A program made the translations under genes and the position numbers. Below the pieces are notes generated by a model. It saw nothing but the letters and a program-made list of their open reading frames with translations. It made no database searches and was not told the DNA's origin. Shown here piece after piece: positions 1 through 9,566 of a stretch of 64,000 nucleotides of DNA. Positions within the stretch are counted from its first letter, which is position 1. The number at the start of each line of letters is the position of its first letter. Origin of the DNA: an uncultured Trueperaceae bacterium (GTDB taxonomy: Bacteria; Deinococcota; Deinococci; Deinococcales; Trueperaceae); NCBI GenBank assembly GCA_963727505.1, contig CAVSGP010000002.1, forward strand, positions 256,001-320,000, in the 5' to 3' direction.

Positions 1-1
1 C

Positions 2-499
2 CACCCCGACCGCCTGAGCCACCTGCTGCTGATGGGGACAGCGCCCGCCTTCGATTACCACGACGAGATCATGGCGAACGCCCGCCGCAAGGGCGCGACC
101 GAAGCGCAGCTCGCGGCACTGGAATCAGAGGCCGAGGCCGCCAGCGACGAGGCCTTCGGCGAGCACATCGAGACGCTGTGGCCGCTGTACTTCCACGACT
201 ACCAGCCCGAGTACGACGCGCTCCTCGACGATGTCATCTACTCCGTGCAGGGGCAGCCGCCGGCCGCCGAGAGCGCGGCCTACGACGTGAGGAAGCGCCT
301 GGGCGAGATCGCCGCGCCGACGCTGATCCTGGCCGGCCGCGACGACTTCGTGTGCCCGCCGTCGCAGGCCCGGATCTTAGCCGACGGCATCCCCGGCGCG
401 GAGCTGCGCATGTTCGAGCACAGCGGGCACATGCCCTACGTCGAAGAACCGGAGGCGACGTTCGACGCCATCCGTCAGTGGCTGGCGCGACCGCGCTGA
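2..499 (+). CDS. Alpha/beta hydrolase, proline-iminopeptidase-like (5' truncated by the window edge)
   Basis: Frame is open from the window start (HPDRLSHLLLMG). C-terminal PTLILAGRDD (catalytic Asp) and SGHMPYVEEP (catalytic His). Confidence 0.85.
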   Translation, partial: HPDRLSHLLLMGTAPAFDYHDEIMANARRKGATEAQLAALESEAEAASDEAFGEHIETLWPLYFHDYQPEYDALLDDVIYSVQGQPPAAESAAYDVRKRLGEIAAPTLILAGRDDFVCPPSQARILADGIPGAELRMFEHSGHMPYVEEPEATFDAIRQWLARPR

Positions 500-518
500 G
501 CCGTTCTGGCGGCGTCGC

Positions 519-2399
519 TCAGCGGTGGAAGGCCCGCGCGAACCGCTGCTGCTTGAGGTACACGAAGCGAGGGGCGAGCGGCGGCAGGTTGGCGGCGTCG
601 CGGAACCGGGTATCGAAGCTCCAGTTCCGGTCGGGCGCCGTGTACACGGCGCCGCCGTACCGCCAGGGTCCATCGGCGTGACGCGGGTTGCCCAGGCTCA
701 CGAACGACCCCCTGTACGTCATCTTCGTGCCGGTCCAGTTCTCGTGGAAGCGCGGGTAGTTCTCGAGGCCGCCGTTGTAGGCTCCGCCCTGCCCGGCCAC
801 GCCCTCCACGCCGCCGGTGCTGTCGGTCCCCGACAGGAAGGCGGCGTTGATCTCGGTGGCGCTGGCCGTCCGTGACGACAGTCCCTCCGCCGAGCTGGCG
901 TCCCAGCCGCTGGTATCCCAACTATTCGACAGGATGTCGATGGTGTCGGAGAGGAACGATGCCGGGCGCCAGGAACTGCCGACGTCCTTGTTGTAATCCC
1001 CCTGGATGTAGGCCGCCTGGTCGGTCACCACCGTCAGCCCCTTGATCTGCGGCGCGCCGGACACCGCGCTGGCGAGCGTGGCGCCGTCCCGCACCCGCAC
1101 GCCGTAGCCACTGCCTGCCTGGCCGGAGGCGGGACCGGCGACCGTGAAGTACAGGACCAGGCCCCCGAGCGACGTGCCGTTGATGTCCGTCTTGCCGCTG
1201 GCGCTGTCGCCGAACAGGGTGGGATGGTTGTGCAGGCAGTCCAGCAACGCGCCCATGTCGACCTCGAGCAAGGTCATGGTCTTCTGCTCGCGGTTGTCGT
1301 AGAAGCTGTTCGACCAGTCGACGGCGCTGCCGGCAGGCGAGCTGGCGTCCTGCGTGTAGGCCAGGTTGGAGGTACTGCGCGCCGGGCAGGTAGCCAGCAC
1401 GTTGGTGAGGGCGGTGTTCTCCCCTCCACCGGTGCGGTTGGGGACGATGATGCCGGTGGGGTTGCCGCTGCTGTCGACCTGCAGCTCGACCACCAGGTCG
1501 GCCTTCTGCCAGTAGCTCTTGCCGGGGTCCAGCTGGTCCGGCGGCGGCACCGTGAGGGTGTCGAGACCGGTCTGGACGTGGTCGTTGTACGGCGCGAGGG
1601 TCGTGGTCGACACCGGCCCGAGGGTGCCGCAGTACAGCTCCGGGTAGCTCCCGGTGCCGTCGTTGATCGTCACGGTGCCGTTGCATTCGCTGCTGTTCTT
1701 GCGGCGCCGGTAGATGTCGCCGCCGGTGCCGCCGTCACGCTTGGAGACCGTCACGTCGCCGTCGATCTTCAGGCTGGGGTCGCTGTTGAGGTACAGGTCG
1801 CCGTTCACGTGCACCGGCCCGTTCAGGGTCATCGGCGCCCCGGGGAGGATCTCGAGGTCCTTGTTGTAGAAGGCCGTGAACTGGAAAAGCGGGACCAGCC
1901 GGCTCTTGAACACCAGCTTCACGATGGCCTCCGGGCGCGTGCCGCCGGGTGGGATGGCCTCCGAGACCACCGTGTAGGTGTACTCCAGCGCGTTGAGCCC
2001 GGCGAACTGCTCGTTCGGCGGGATGGTGAGCGAAGAGCCCCCCGCACCGTTGCCCGGGTCCTCGACGACGTAGGTGCGCACCGTGCGCCCGGAGACGGTG
2101 TAATCCGTGCAGGCGAAGTCGCCGCTGCCGAGGTTGCTGCCTGTACACGGAGCGGTGGCGCTGGGGCTTGTTCCCGACGGGCGGTTGTAGTCCTGGAAGA
2201 TCTGCCGCACCTGCTCGCCGCGGAGGTTCAGGCCGGCCTCGGCGGCGTAGAAGCCGGTGGTGCTGTCGGCGTTGGCCTGACTGGTGGTCATCTCGATCTG
2301 GGTGGTGAAGAAGTACGCCGCCACCAGCAAGCCGAGCACCACCACGATGGACAGGACCGTGACGAGAACGAAACCTTGGTGGGCTCGGTAGCTGCGCAC
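519..2399 (-). CDS. PilX/ComZ-like large minor pilin or pilus-tip protein
   Basis: Class III signal QG|FVLVT lacking E5 (PilX/GspK trait), FYAAEAGL PilX-N motif, C-terminal GGLENYPRFHENW...YTAPDRNWSFD. GGAGG RBS before the GTG. Confidence 0.8.
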   Translation of the reverse strand: MRSYRAHQGFVLVTVLSIVVVLGLLVAAYFFTTQIEMTTSQANADSTTGFYAAEAGLNLRGEQVRQIFQDYNRPSGTSPSATAPCTGSNLGSGDFACTDYTVSGRTVRTYVVEDPGNGAGGSSLTIPPNEQFAGLNALEYTYTVVSEAIPPGGTRPEAIVKLVFKSRLVPLFQFTAFYNKDLEILPGAPMTLNGPVHVNGDLYLNSDPSLKIDGDVTVSKRDGGTGGDIYRRRKNSSECNGTVTINDGTGSYPELYCGTLGPVSTTTLAPYNDHVQTGLDTLTVPPPDQLDPGKSYWQKADLVVELQVDSSGNPTGIIVPNRTGGGENTALTNVLATCPARSTSNLAYTQDASSPAGSAVDWSNSFYDNREQKTMTLLEVDMGALLDCLHNHPTLFGDSASGKTDINGTSLGGLVLYFTVAGPASGQAGSGYGVRVRDGATLASAVSGAPQIKGLTVVTDQAAYIQGDYNKDVGSSWRPASFLSDTIDILSNSWDTSGWDASSAEGLSSRTASATEINAAFLSGTDSTGGVEGVAGQGGAYNGGLENYPRFHENWTGTKMTYRGSFVSLGNPRHADGPWRYGGAVYTAPDRNWSFDTRFRDAANLPPLAPRFVYLKQQRFARAFHR

Positions 2400-2409
2400 G
2401 ATTCGCCTC

Positions 2410-3300
2410 CTACTGCGAGAGCACGTTCCGCGGGAAGAACCGAGCGCTGAGCTGGCGATCGATGCTCTTCCGACCCTGGGTCCCGGTACCGTCCAGGGTC
2501 ACCTCGATGTACTTGAGCGACGCGAAATCATCGCCCGCCTGGGGGAAGTCCGTCCGAACATCGCCGTTGTCGAGGACGGCCCGCACCTGGAAGTCGGTGA
2601 CATCGGGGATGAGCTTCTGCCCGGCAGCCGTGTCGCCGTTCAGCACGAACTCCAGGTAGCCGTTCAGCATCTGGTAGCGGCGCTCCTGCAAGACGTACAC
2701 CTGTGGCCTGTCGGCGGCGGCGTAGTCCCCAGCCCACTTGCCGGAGGCGCGGTGGATGTGGAAGTTCGAGCTGTCCTCCGCGTCGTAGGTGAAGAACTCG
2801 TTGACCTTGGTGATGGGGTCGACGATGAACGCGGGCACCGTGCCGTTGTTGTCCAGCCGGTAGAGGCGCCAGGCCCCGAGGTTGTCCGGCCAGTTGGGAT
2901 CCTTGGTGTAGGCGTCGATGGTGCAGTTGGGGTTTCCGGAATTGTTTTTCTTCAGCGCGACGAAGATCGCGTCCGCATTGCTGCCCGCCTTGATGTCCTT
3001 GCACACTGGCAGGACCACGTCCAGCAGGTTGCGGCGGAGGACCAGCACGGTCCCACCCTGCACCTCCACAGGCGGCAGGTAGGCGTCGGACTTGGCCGTC
3101 AGGCGCTCACCCGAGATCTGGACGTCGTCGCCGATGATGCTGAGCCCGGTGCGCAGGTTCTGGTTGAGCGAAGTACGCGCCTGGTCCATGTTCATCACGC
3201 GGCGGTTGGCGAAGGTCACGGCGATGGCGGCAGCCAAGACCAGGATGGCGACCGTGAGCGCCACCAGCAACTCCACCAGGGACAGACCGGCCGGGCTCAT
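2410..3300 (-). CDS. PilW-like minor pilin with prepilin N-terminal cleavage/methylation motif
   Basis: AG|LSLVELLVAL motif and C-terminal FFPRN. Start trimmed to ATG 3300 (GTG 3309 is also possible). Confidence 0.8.
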   Translation of the reverse strand: MSPAGLSLVELLVALTVAILVLAAAIAVTFANRRVMNMDQARTSLNQNLRTGLSIIGDDVQISGERLTAKSDAYLPPVEVQGGTVLVLRRNLLDVVLPVCKDIKAGSNADAIFVALKKNNSGNPNCTIDAYTKDPNWPDNLGAWRLYRLDNNGTVPAFIVDPITKVNEFFTYDAEDSSNFHIHRASGKWAGDYAAADRPQVYVLQERRYQMLNGYLEFVLNGDTAAGQKLIPDVTDFQVRAVLDNGDVRTDFPQAGDDFASLKYIEVTLDGTGTQGRKSIDRQLSARFFPRNVLSQ

Positions 3301-3331
3301 GCCGTTCACGACCCGGCGGGGCCGCGTCAGG

Positions 3332-3727
3332 TCAGTTGAAGGCCGCATTGAGCCTCGTGTACACGGTCTCGACATCGTAATAGACCTTCCCCTGGTAGCG
3401 GACCACCGCTTCGACGTGGCGAGCGTCGCCACTGCAGTACGGCAGCGACGCGGTGCAGTAGAGGACCGTCACCTCGTAGGTCCGATCGCCTCCGCTGGTG
3501 TTCAGCACCGTCCCGCTGGGGTCCCAGGCGGTGATGGGTGTCTGACGGAGGTTATCGAGGACGCTCTCGGCCGCGGCCACCGCACCGCCGCGGACGTCGC
3601 TCTGGTTGTTCACCCGGAGGTAGCTCAGGAACGCAGGGACGATGCCAGCCAGCACGACCGCCAGGATGGCCAGCGCGATGAGCGCTTCGATCAGGGTGAA
3701 GCCGCGGGCGCGACTGCGTCGTGTCAT
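3332..3727 (-). CDS. PilV-like minor pilin
   Basis: MTRRSRARG|FTLIEALIAL. The ATG overlaps the upstream stop (ATGA). Confidence 0.85.
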   Translation of the reverse strand: MTRRSRARGFTLIEALIALAILAVVLAGIVPAFLSYLRVNNQSDVRGGAVAAAESVLDNLRQTPITAWDPSGTVLNTSGGDRTYEVTVLYCTASLPYCSGDARHVEAVVRYQGKVYYDVETVYTRLNAAFN

Positions 3728-4176
3728 CGGTGCACCTCCACCGCGCCGCCCACGAATACCTCGACCGAGGCGGTCGCCCCCTTGGCGTCGGTCAGGGCGA
3801 CGGTCGGATTGGAACCGGCGATGCCGCGAGCGTCGAAGCACACGATCACGCCGTTGGCGGCGGGGGCCGTCAGTTGCACCCCATTCTCCAGGGTGGCATC
3901 GAGTCTGGCATCGTGGGTCCAGCCGGTGGTGTCGCTGCATGCCAGGGCATACTCGGCGCGCAGCTCGGTGGCGCTGGCCCGAGAGACCCGGTAGGCGGAG
4001 GTCGTGCTCATGGCCTTGGCGCGGACCTGCTTGAAGGTGCCCTCGACCCTGGAAGCAGCGGCGCCCAGAGGATCGCCAAGGGCCGTCAGGCTCACCGATC
4101 CGACCGCAAGGACGATGCCGACCACGGCCACGACGAGGATGATCTCGAGCAAGGTCAACGCTTGCGAACCGCGCAC
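3724..4176 (-). CDS. FimT/GspH-like pseudopilin
   Basis: QA|LTLLEIILVVAVVGIVL, QVRAKAMS helix, C-terminal ICFDARG. GGGAGG RBS. Confidence 0.8.
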   Translation of the reverse strand: MRGSQALTLLEIILVVAVVGIVLAVGSVSLTALGDPLGAAASRVEGTFKQVRAKAMSTTSAYRVSRASATELRAEYALACSDTTGWTHDARLDATLENGVQLTAPAANGVIVCFDARGIAGSNPTVALTDAKGATASVEVFVGGAVEVHR

Positions 4177-4275
4177 CGCACGACCTCCCTTCCGGAATCT
4201 CGATCGGTGAACTGAGCCACTGCTCTCAGGGGTGCACTTACCCGATTCTGATTGTGCACCTTTTCAAGTACCGGA

Positions 4276-4295
4276 GGAACCCCCGAACGGGGGAG
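4276..4295. promoter_or_regulatory. CCCCC-N4-GGGGG palindrome upstream of the pilin operon (putative transcription factor site)
   Basis: GGAACCCCCGAACGGGGGAG, 17/20 identical to 16109-16128. Confidence 0.4.
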
Positions 4296-4776
4296 TACGA
4301 GATCCGCCACGCGATTCCACGGAACGACGATCGCGGAACGATGACCCGGGAAGGCGGCCACCTCGGCGATCGGTCTGAACCTGGGCTGCGCCTGAGCCAG
4401 TTCCGGATCACGCCCGTGACGGCGTTCCTCGCCGTCGCCCCAGCGATTGACTTCTCGTGAACGTTCCCCCATAATGAGCGCCTTCTCCATGTCTACGAGC
4501 CGCCCCCTCGGGGCGTCGAACGCGTTCTCGAAGTCCACTTTCTCGAAGGTTGCGTTGTCGTGGATCGCTATGCCCGACGGTCCCGTGCTGAAGCGGTTCC
4601 GCCGGCGAGGAGCGTGACGTCACGCGGGCGTCACGTGGGGATCAGGCTGGCTGCCGTGATGTGGCAACTAGGGCGCCGGGTCTCGTGTAGCCGTGGGATG
4701 GATGACCAACCGCACGCGGCGAAACTCGGCCGCGCTGGAAGCGCCCAGCGGGACGCCAAGGGCAAGGGAGCCTACG

Positions 4777-5748
4777 ATGGACATCGTCTGGTTCGGCGAG
4801 GAAGGTAGCCGGGACGTCTCGCTGGTGGGGGGCAAGGCCGCAAGTCTCAGTGGCCTGGCCGCAAGCCACCGCGTGCCACCCGGCTTCTGCCTGACCACCT
4901 CCGCGTACGACGCCTGGAGCCGTACCGCCAGGCCGGCCCACCCGCAGGTGCCTCCCCAGCTACCCCGGTCGTTGCGCGACGCGATCCATCGAGCCTACGG
5001 TGAACTGGGTCGGCGCTGCGCCGCCGATCCGCTGCGTGTCGCAGTTCGCTCGTCCGCCGTCGACGAGGACGGCGCCGCGGCCTCCTTCGCAGGCCAGCAC
5101 GAGACCTTCCTCAACGTGATCGGGGAGGAAGCGGTGGTCGACGCCCTGGTTCGCTGCTGGAGCTCGGGGCGTAGCCAGCGCGCCCTGGCGTACCGGCGCG
5201 AGAGCGGCCTGGACGGCGACCGCGTCCGGCTGGCGGTGCTCGTCCAGCAGCTCGTACCGGCGGACACGTCGGCCGTCGTGTTCAGCGCCGACCCTGTGAG
5301 CGGGCGGCGCGACCAGGTCCTGATCGACGCCAGCTTCGGGCTCGGCGAGAGCATCGTCGGCGGCAGCGTCACACCCGATGCCTACCGCGTGGACAAGCGC
5401 ACGACCACCGTCGTCGAACGCAGCATCGGTTCCAAGGTCCTCATGCACGTGCCGGCCTTCGAGGGCACACAGGAGGTGCCGGTGCCGCGCCCGCTTCGCA
5501 CGCAACCCGCCCTGACCGACGAGCAGTGCGCCCGTTGCGCCGGCCTCGCCATCGCGCTGGAGACCGAGCTGGGCCACCCCGTCGATCTCGAGTGCGCCTT
5601 CCACGGAGGCGAGCTCTACCTCTTGCAGTGCCGCCCCATCACGCGCCTCCCGGCAGACCCAGCCGGCGAGGTCGCAGCCGACACCGACACCGAGCACGAC
5701 AGCGAGCACGACCGGGAGGATCCACCGGCGCCACGCCACCAGGCGTGA
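4777..5748 (+). CDS. PEP/pyruvate-binding (ATP-grasp, PPDK_N) domain protein
   Basis: VGGKAASL, VPPGFCLT, AVRSSAVDEDG..SFAGQHETFLNV, GLGESIVGG, LYLLQCRPIT. AAGGGAG RBS before ATG 4777. Confidence 0.9.
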   Translation: MDIVWFGEEGSRDVSLVGGKAASLSGLAASHRVPPGFCLTTSAYDAWSRTARPAHPQVPPQLPRSLRDAIHRAYGELGRRCAADPLRVAVRSSAVDEDGAAASFAGQHETFLNVIGEEAVVDALVRCWSSGRSQRALAYRRESGLDGDRVRLAVLVQQLVPADTSAVVFSADPVSGRRDQVLIDASFGLGESIVGGSVTPDAYRVDKRTTTVVERSIGSKVLMHVPAFEGTQEVPVPRPLRTQPALTDEQCARCAGLAIALETELGHPVDLECAFHGGELYLLQCRPITRLPADPAGEVAADTDTEHDSEHDREDPPAPRHQA

Positions 5749-5773
5749 CGACCGGCCTCCGGAGGGAGCCTGC

Positions 5774-7468
5774 ATGTCCGACCCGAGCGCAACCCCCACT
5801 CCCATCCCCACCCCCGAGACCTTCCCGTTGGCCTGGGACGAGCCCGTGTTCGCTCACCTGCAGTGGTCGCGCGACCGCATGCACTTCCCGGAACCGGTCA
5901 CGCCCGCCATGGAGCTGTTCTTCGAAGCGCACAACGCTGGCTTCCGGCACGCCTTCGCGCTCTACGAGATGCCCCTCGAGGTCATGATGCTCAAGCGCAT
6001 CAACAGCTACGCCTACGGCGCCGTGATGCCGCGCCAGCTGGCGCATGACGCCATGGTGGCCATGGGCGAACGCGCCCAGCGCAACCTGGGGGCGGCCATG
6101 ATGCGCTCGGCCGAGCGCTGGCGCAGCGAGCTGCTGCCCGAGGTCCAGGAGCATCTGGGGTTCTGGCAGCGCGCCAACCTCTCCGGCGCGTCGCTGGCAG
6201 AGCTCGGCGAGCTCGCCCGCGAGACGCGCCGACGGCTGATCCGGCTATGGGAGATCCATTTCGAGCTGATGGTGCCCACCCTGCTGGCGGGCTCGCTGTT
6301 CCAGGACACCTACGCCGACCTCTTCGGCGCCGAGCGCGCCTTCGACGCCTTCACGCTTCTGCAGGGCTTCGGCAACAAGACCACCGAGATCAACAGCGCG
6401 CTGTGGCATCTGGCACGCAGCGCCGACGAGGACGTCCGGGCGACCATCCTGGGCCACGATCCCGAGGTGGTGGCCGGGGTGCTCCGCGGCAGTGATGCCG
6501 GCCGGCGCTTCCTCGAAGCGTTCGCCGCCTACCTGGAGGCGTACGGCCGCCGCAGCGAGACGTGGGAACTGCGTTACCCGAGCTGGCTGGAGAACCCCGC
6601 ACCGGTATGGCGGATGCTCCGCGAGCATCTGGCGGAACCCGACGCCGATCCCGATGCGGAGATGGCGCGGCTGGCCCAGCAGCGCGACGCGGCAGTCACC
6701 GATGCGCGCGCCCAGCTGGAAGGCTACCCGGCCCCCGTGGTCGAGCACTTCGAGGCCATGCTGCGCGCGGCCCAGGACGGGGTCGTGCTGTCGGAGGACC
6801 ACGGCTTCTACATCGACTTCGAGGGCGGTCACTACGTGCGTCAGGTGCTGCTCGAGGTTGGCCGCCGCCTTGCCTCGGCGGGTGCGCTTGCGTCGACCGA
6901 CGACGTCATGATGCTCACGCTCGACGAGGCGCTGGAGGCGCTGGACAGCCTGCCCGGGGCCGATCTGCGCGCGCTGGTCGAGCAGCGCCGGGCCGAGATG
7001 GAGCACTTCGGCGCGATCGAGGAACCCGAGCTGGTCGGTTCCATGCCGCCCGGCCCGCCGCCTCAGGACCCGGTAGGGCGCGCCATCGGCCGGTTCTTCG
7101 GCACGCCTCCCGAAGAGAGCGCCGAACCGGACGTGTTGAAGGGCCACGCCGGCTCGCCGGGCACGGTGAGGGGCGTGGCACGCGTCGTGCGCTCGCTGGC
7201 GGAAGCGCAGAACCTGCGCCGCGGGGAGATCCTGGTGGCCCCCATGACCTCTCCGTCGTGGACGCCGCTCTTCGGAACCGTCGCCGGCGTCGTCACGGAC
7301 ACCGGCGGGGTGCTGTCGCACAGCGCCGTGGTGGCGCGCGAGTACGGCATCCCGGCGGTGGTCGGCACAATGCGGGCGACCTCGCTGATCCGTGACGGGC
7401 AGCTCATCGATGTCGACGGCCGGAGCGGCACGGTGCGCCTGGTCGAGCGCGAGACGCCCCCCGTGTGA
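5774..7468 (+). CDS. PEP-utilising enzyme: substrate-binding helical domain plus swivelling phospho-His domain
   Basis: C-terminal SPGTVRGVARVV, TSPSWTPLF, GGVLSHSAVVAREYGIPAVVG (catalytic His). Confidence 0.9.
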   Translation: MSDPSATPTPIPTPETFPLAWDEPVFAHLQWSRDRMHFPEPVTPAMELFFEAHNAGFRHAFALYEMPLEVMMLKRINSYAYGAVMPRQLAHDAMVAMGERAQRNLGAAMMRSAERWRSELLPEVQEHLGFWQRANLSGASLAELGELARETRRRLIRLWEIHFELMVPTLLAGSLFQDTYADLFGAERAFDAFTLLQGFGNKTTEINSALWHLARSADEDVRATILGHDPEVVAGVLRGSDAGRRFLEAFAAYLEAYGRRSETWELRYPSWLENPAPVWRMLREHLAEPDADPDAEMARLAQQRDAAVTDARAQLEGYPAPVVEHFEAMLRAAQDGVVLSEDHGFYIDFEGGHYVRQVLLEVGRRLASAGALASTDDVMMLTLDEALEALDSLPGADLRALVEQRRAEMEHFGAIEEPELVGSMPPGPPPQDPVGRAIGRFFGTPPEESAEPDVLKGHAGSPGTVRGVARVVRSLAEAQNLRRGEILVAPMTSPSWTPLFGTVAGVVTDTGGVLSHSAVVAREYGIPAVVGTMRATSLIRDGQLIDVDGRSGTVRLVERETPPV

Positions 7469-8892
7469 GGGAGACGCAGGCCCGGGCACTGCCTTCCGAG
7501 AGCGGCGAGGTCCGCCTGGTGGTCGCTGTAGCGCTTGCGACGATGCTGGCGCCGCTCAACTCGACCATGATCGCGGTGGCGCTGCCGCCCATCGCCGCGC
7601 AGTTCCACGCCGGCGCGTCCACGTCTTGGCTGGTCACGGGCTACCTCATCGCCATGGCCTCGTTGCAGCCGGTCGCCGGCAAGCTCGGCGACCGGCTCGG
7701 CCGGCGGCCGCTGATGCTCGGCGGTCTGGCGACCTTCGCCGTGGCCTCGCTCGGCGCGGCGCTCGCGCCCGGCTTCGGCTGGCTGCTGGGGTTCCGCATC
7801 CTGCAGGGGGTGGCAGGCGCCCTCGCCTTCCCCAACGGTGCCGCGTTGCTGCGCGAGGCGATCCCCGACGCGCGACGTGGACGCCGCTTCGGACTGGTGG
7901 GGGCGGGCGCTGGCCTGGCGGCCGCGGTGGGACCACCGGTGGCCGGCGTGCTGGTGTGGCTGAGCGGCTGGCAGTCGATCTTCTACGTCAACGTGCTGCT
8001 CATCGTGCCGGCGCTGTGGCTGGGTTGGACCACGTTCCCCCGCGGCCACCCGCACGCCGAGCGACGCCCCTTCGACCTGGCCGGCGCGGCCCTGCTGTCG
8101 GTCGCGCTCATCGCCGCCGCCGCCCGGCTCACCCACCGAGGACCGTCGGGCTCCTGGGGCACGGCGATGTGGGTAGTGGCCGCCCTTGCGGCGGCCGTGT
8201 TCGTGGTGGTGGAGTGGCGCCACCCCGACCCCGCAGTGCAGCTCCGACTCTTCGCGCGCCGGGCGTTCGCGGCGGCCAATGCGTCCGTCGCCACCAGCAA
8301 CTTCGCTATGTATGTGACGCTGCTCGCGGTGCCGTTGCTGCTCGCGGGCCGTCCCGGCGGCAGCATCGGCGCGGGCGCCGTGCTGGCCGCGATGTCCGGC
8401 GCCATGTTCGTGGCGGCCCCGGTCGGCGGGACGCTCGCAGACCGCTGGGGCCGTCGCCGACCGGCGCTCCTCGGCCTGAGTTTGCTGGTCGCCGGCACCC
8501 TCGTGCTGGCGACGTCCGGGGCCGCCGTGTCGGTGCCCGTGCTCGTGGGAGCGTTGATGCTCGTCGGCCTCGGCATCGGCACCGGCACCGCCGCCCTGCA
8601 GACGACGGCGGTCGAGGCCGCGCCGGCCCGCGACGCCGGCATGGCTTCGGGCGTATACACGACCAGCCGCTACCTCGGGAGCATCGTCGGCTCGGCGCTG
8701 CTGGCGCACCTACTGGGAGGAGCGAACCCTCGTGCCGCAGGCACGGTCGCCCTGGGACCCGCGGGCACCGACACCGTCTTCGCGATGGTCGCGGGGGCGG
8801 CCGTGCTGGCACTGCTCGCTGCCCTCGGGCTACAGGACCGGCCCGGCCAGCGGGTGGAACCGCCAACGGAGGTCAGCGAGTCCGTGGCCTGA
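7465..8892 (+). CDS. MFS efflux transporter (DHA2/EmrB-like)
   Basis: LAPLNSTMIAVALP, motif A GKLGDRLGRR, many TM helices. GTGA overlap with the upstream gene. Confidence 0.9.
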   Translation: MRETQARALPSESGEVRLVVAVALATMLAPLNSTMIAVALPPIAAQFHAGASTSWLVTGYLIAMASLQPVAGKLGDRLGRRPLMLGGLATFAVASLGAALAPGFGWLLGFRILQGVAGALAFPNGAALLREAIPDARRGRRFGLVGAGAGLAAAVGPPVAGVLVWLSGWQSIFYVNVLLIVPALWLGWTTFPRGHPHAERRPFDLAGAALLSVALIAAAARLTHRGPSGSWGTAMWVVAALAAAVFVVVEWRHPDPAVQLRLFARRAFAAANASVATSNFAMYVTLLAVPLLLAGRPGGSIGAGAVLAAMSGAMFVAAPVGGTLADRWGRRRPALLGLSLLVAGTLVLATSGAAVSVPVLVGALMLVGLGIGTGTAALQTTAVEAAPARDAGMASGVYTTSRYLGSIVGSALLAHLLGGANPRAAGTVALGPAGTDTVFAMVAGAAVLALLAALGLQDRPGQRVEPPTEVSESVA

Positions 8893-8911
8893 CGCGACGC
8901 CGTGCCGCGAC

Positions 8912-9517
8912 CTATCGCTCCACCAGCCGCCGCCGGTTGCGCAGCACGAAGCTGACGATCGCCAGATGGAGGACGATCGCGGCGCCGAGCCCCAGCAGGT
9001 GGTACGGCACCCCGGCACGCCCGGTGGCGGTGACCAGCCAGGCGCCGAGCCCACCCAGCGGCAGGAACAGCACGATGGCGGTCATCAGTCCCGGGTTGTA
9101 GCGGCGCATGGCCAGGGCCGGACCCACGTGGACCAACGCGTTCACGAGCGTGGCGTAGATGCCGATGAGGCCGAAGCCGATGCCCGCGGTTGCCGCCAGC
9201 CAGATCGACACCACGTTCAAGAGCCATACCCCTCCGACGTTGATCACGAACACCGCGCCCGACGATAGGACGTCCCGGCCGCCGCCGATCTCGCGGTTGA
9301 CGAAGCGGCGGAACCGATCGTCGTCGTGCTCCTCGTACTGGTGGAGCATGTAGATGGGAAGCTGCAGCACAACGAAGACGAACGCCATCGAGAGGCCCGC
9401 GGTGAACACGGGGAGCAAGAGCAACAGCAGGAACCCCGCGAGGAAGCCACCGTAGACCCAGGCGTGCGTTAGCCTCTCGAACGCGCTCACCGGGGTGGGA
9501 GACGTGAGCCGGTCCAT
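8912..9517 (-). CDS. HXXEE domain membrane protein
   Basis: LHQYEEH motif, YNPGL, hydrophobic. TAGAAT -10 lies 7 nt before ATG 9517. Confidence 0.85.
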   Translation of the reverse strand: MDRLTSPTPVSAFERLTHAWVYGGFLAGFLLLLLLPVFTAGLSMAFVFVVLQLPIYMLHQYEEHDDDRFRRFVNREIGGGRDVLSSGAVFVINVGGVWLLNVVSIWLAATAGIGFGLIGIYATLVNALVHVGPALAMRRYNPGLMTAIVLFLPLGGLGAWLVTATGRAGVPYHLLGLGAAIVLHLAIVSFVLRNRRRLVER

Positions 9518-9566
9518 ACGGCGGATTCTAGCCCGGCACGGCGATGCGCCCAAGCCGGCCAGGCCC

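Noticed and set aside
4200..4265. Riboswitch in the pilin leader (GGTGCAC..GTGCACC and CTGAG..CTCAG hairpins)
   Set aside because: Hairpins are present but match no aptamer consensus I recognise.
4540..4776. Rifamycin-associated element that would make the kinase pair a true rph
   Set aside because: No matching palindrome was recognised, so no rph symbol is assigned.
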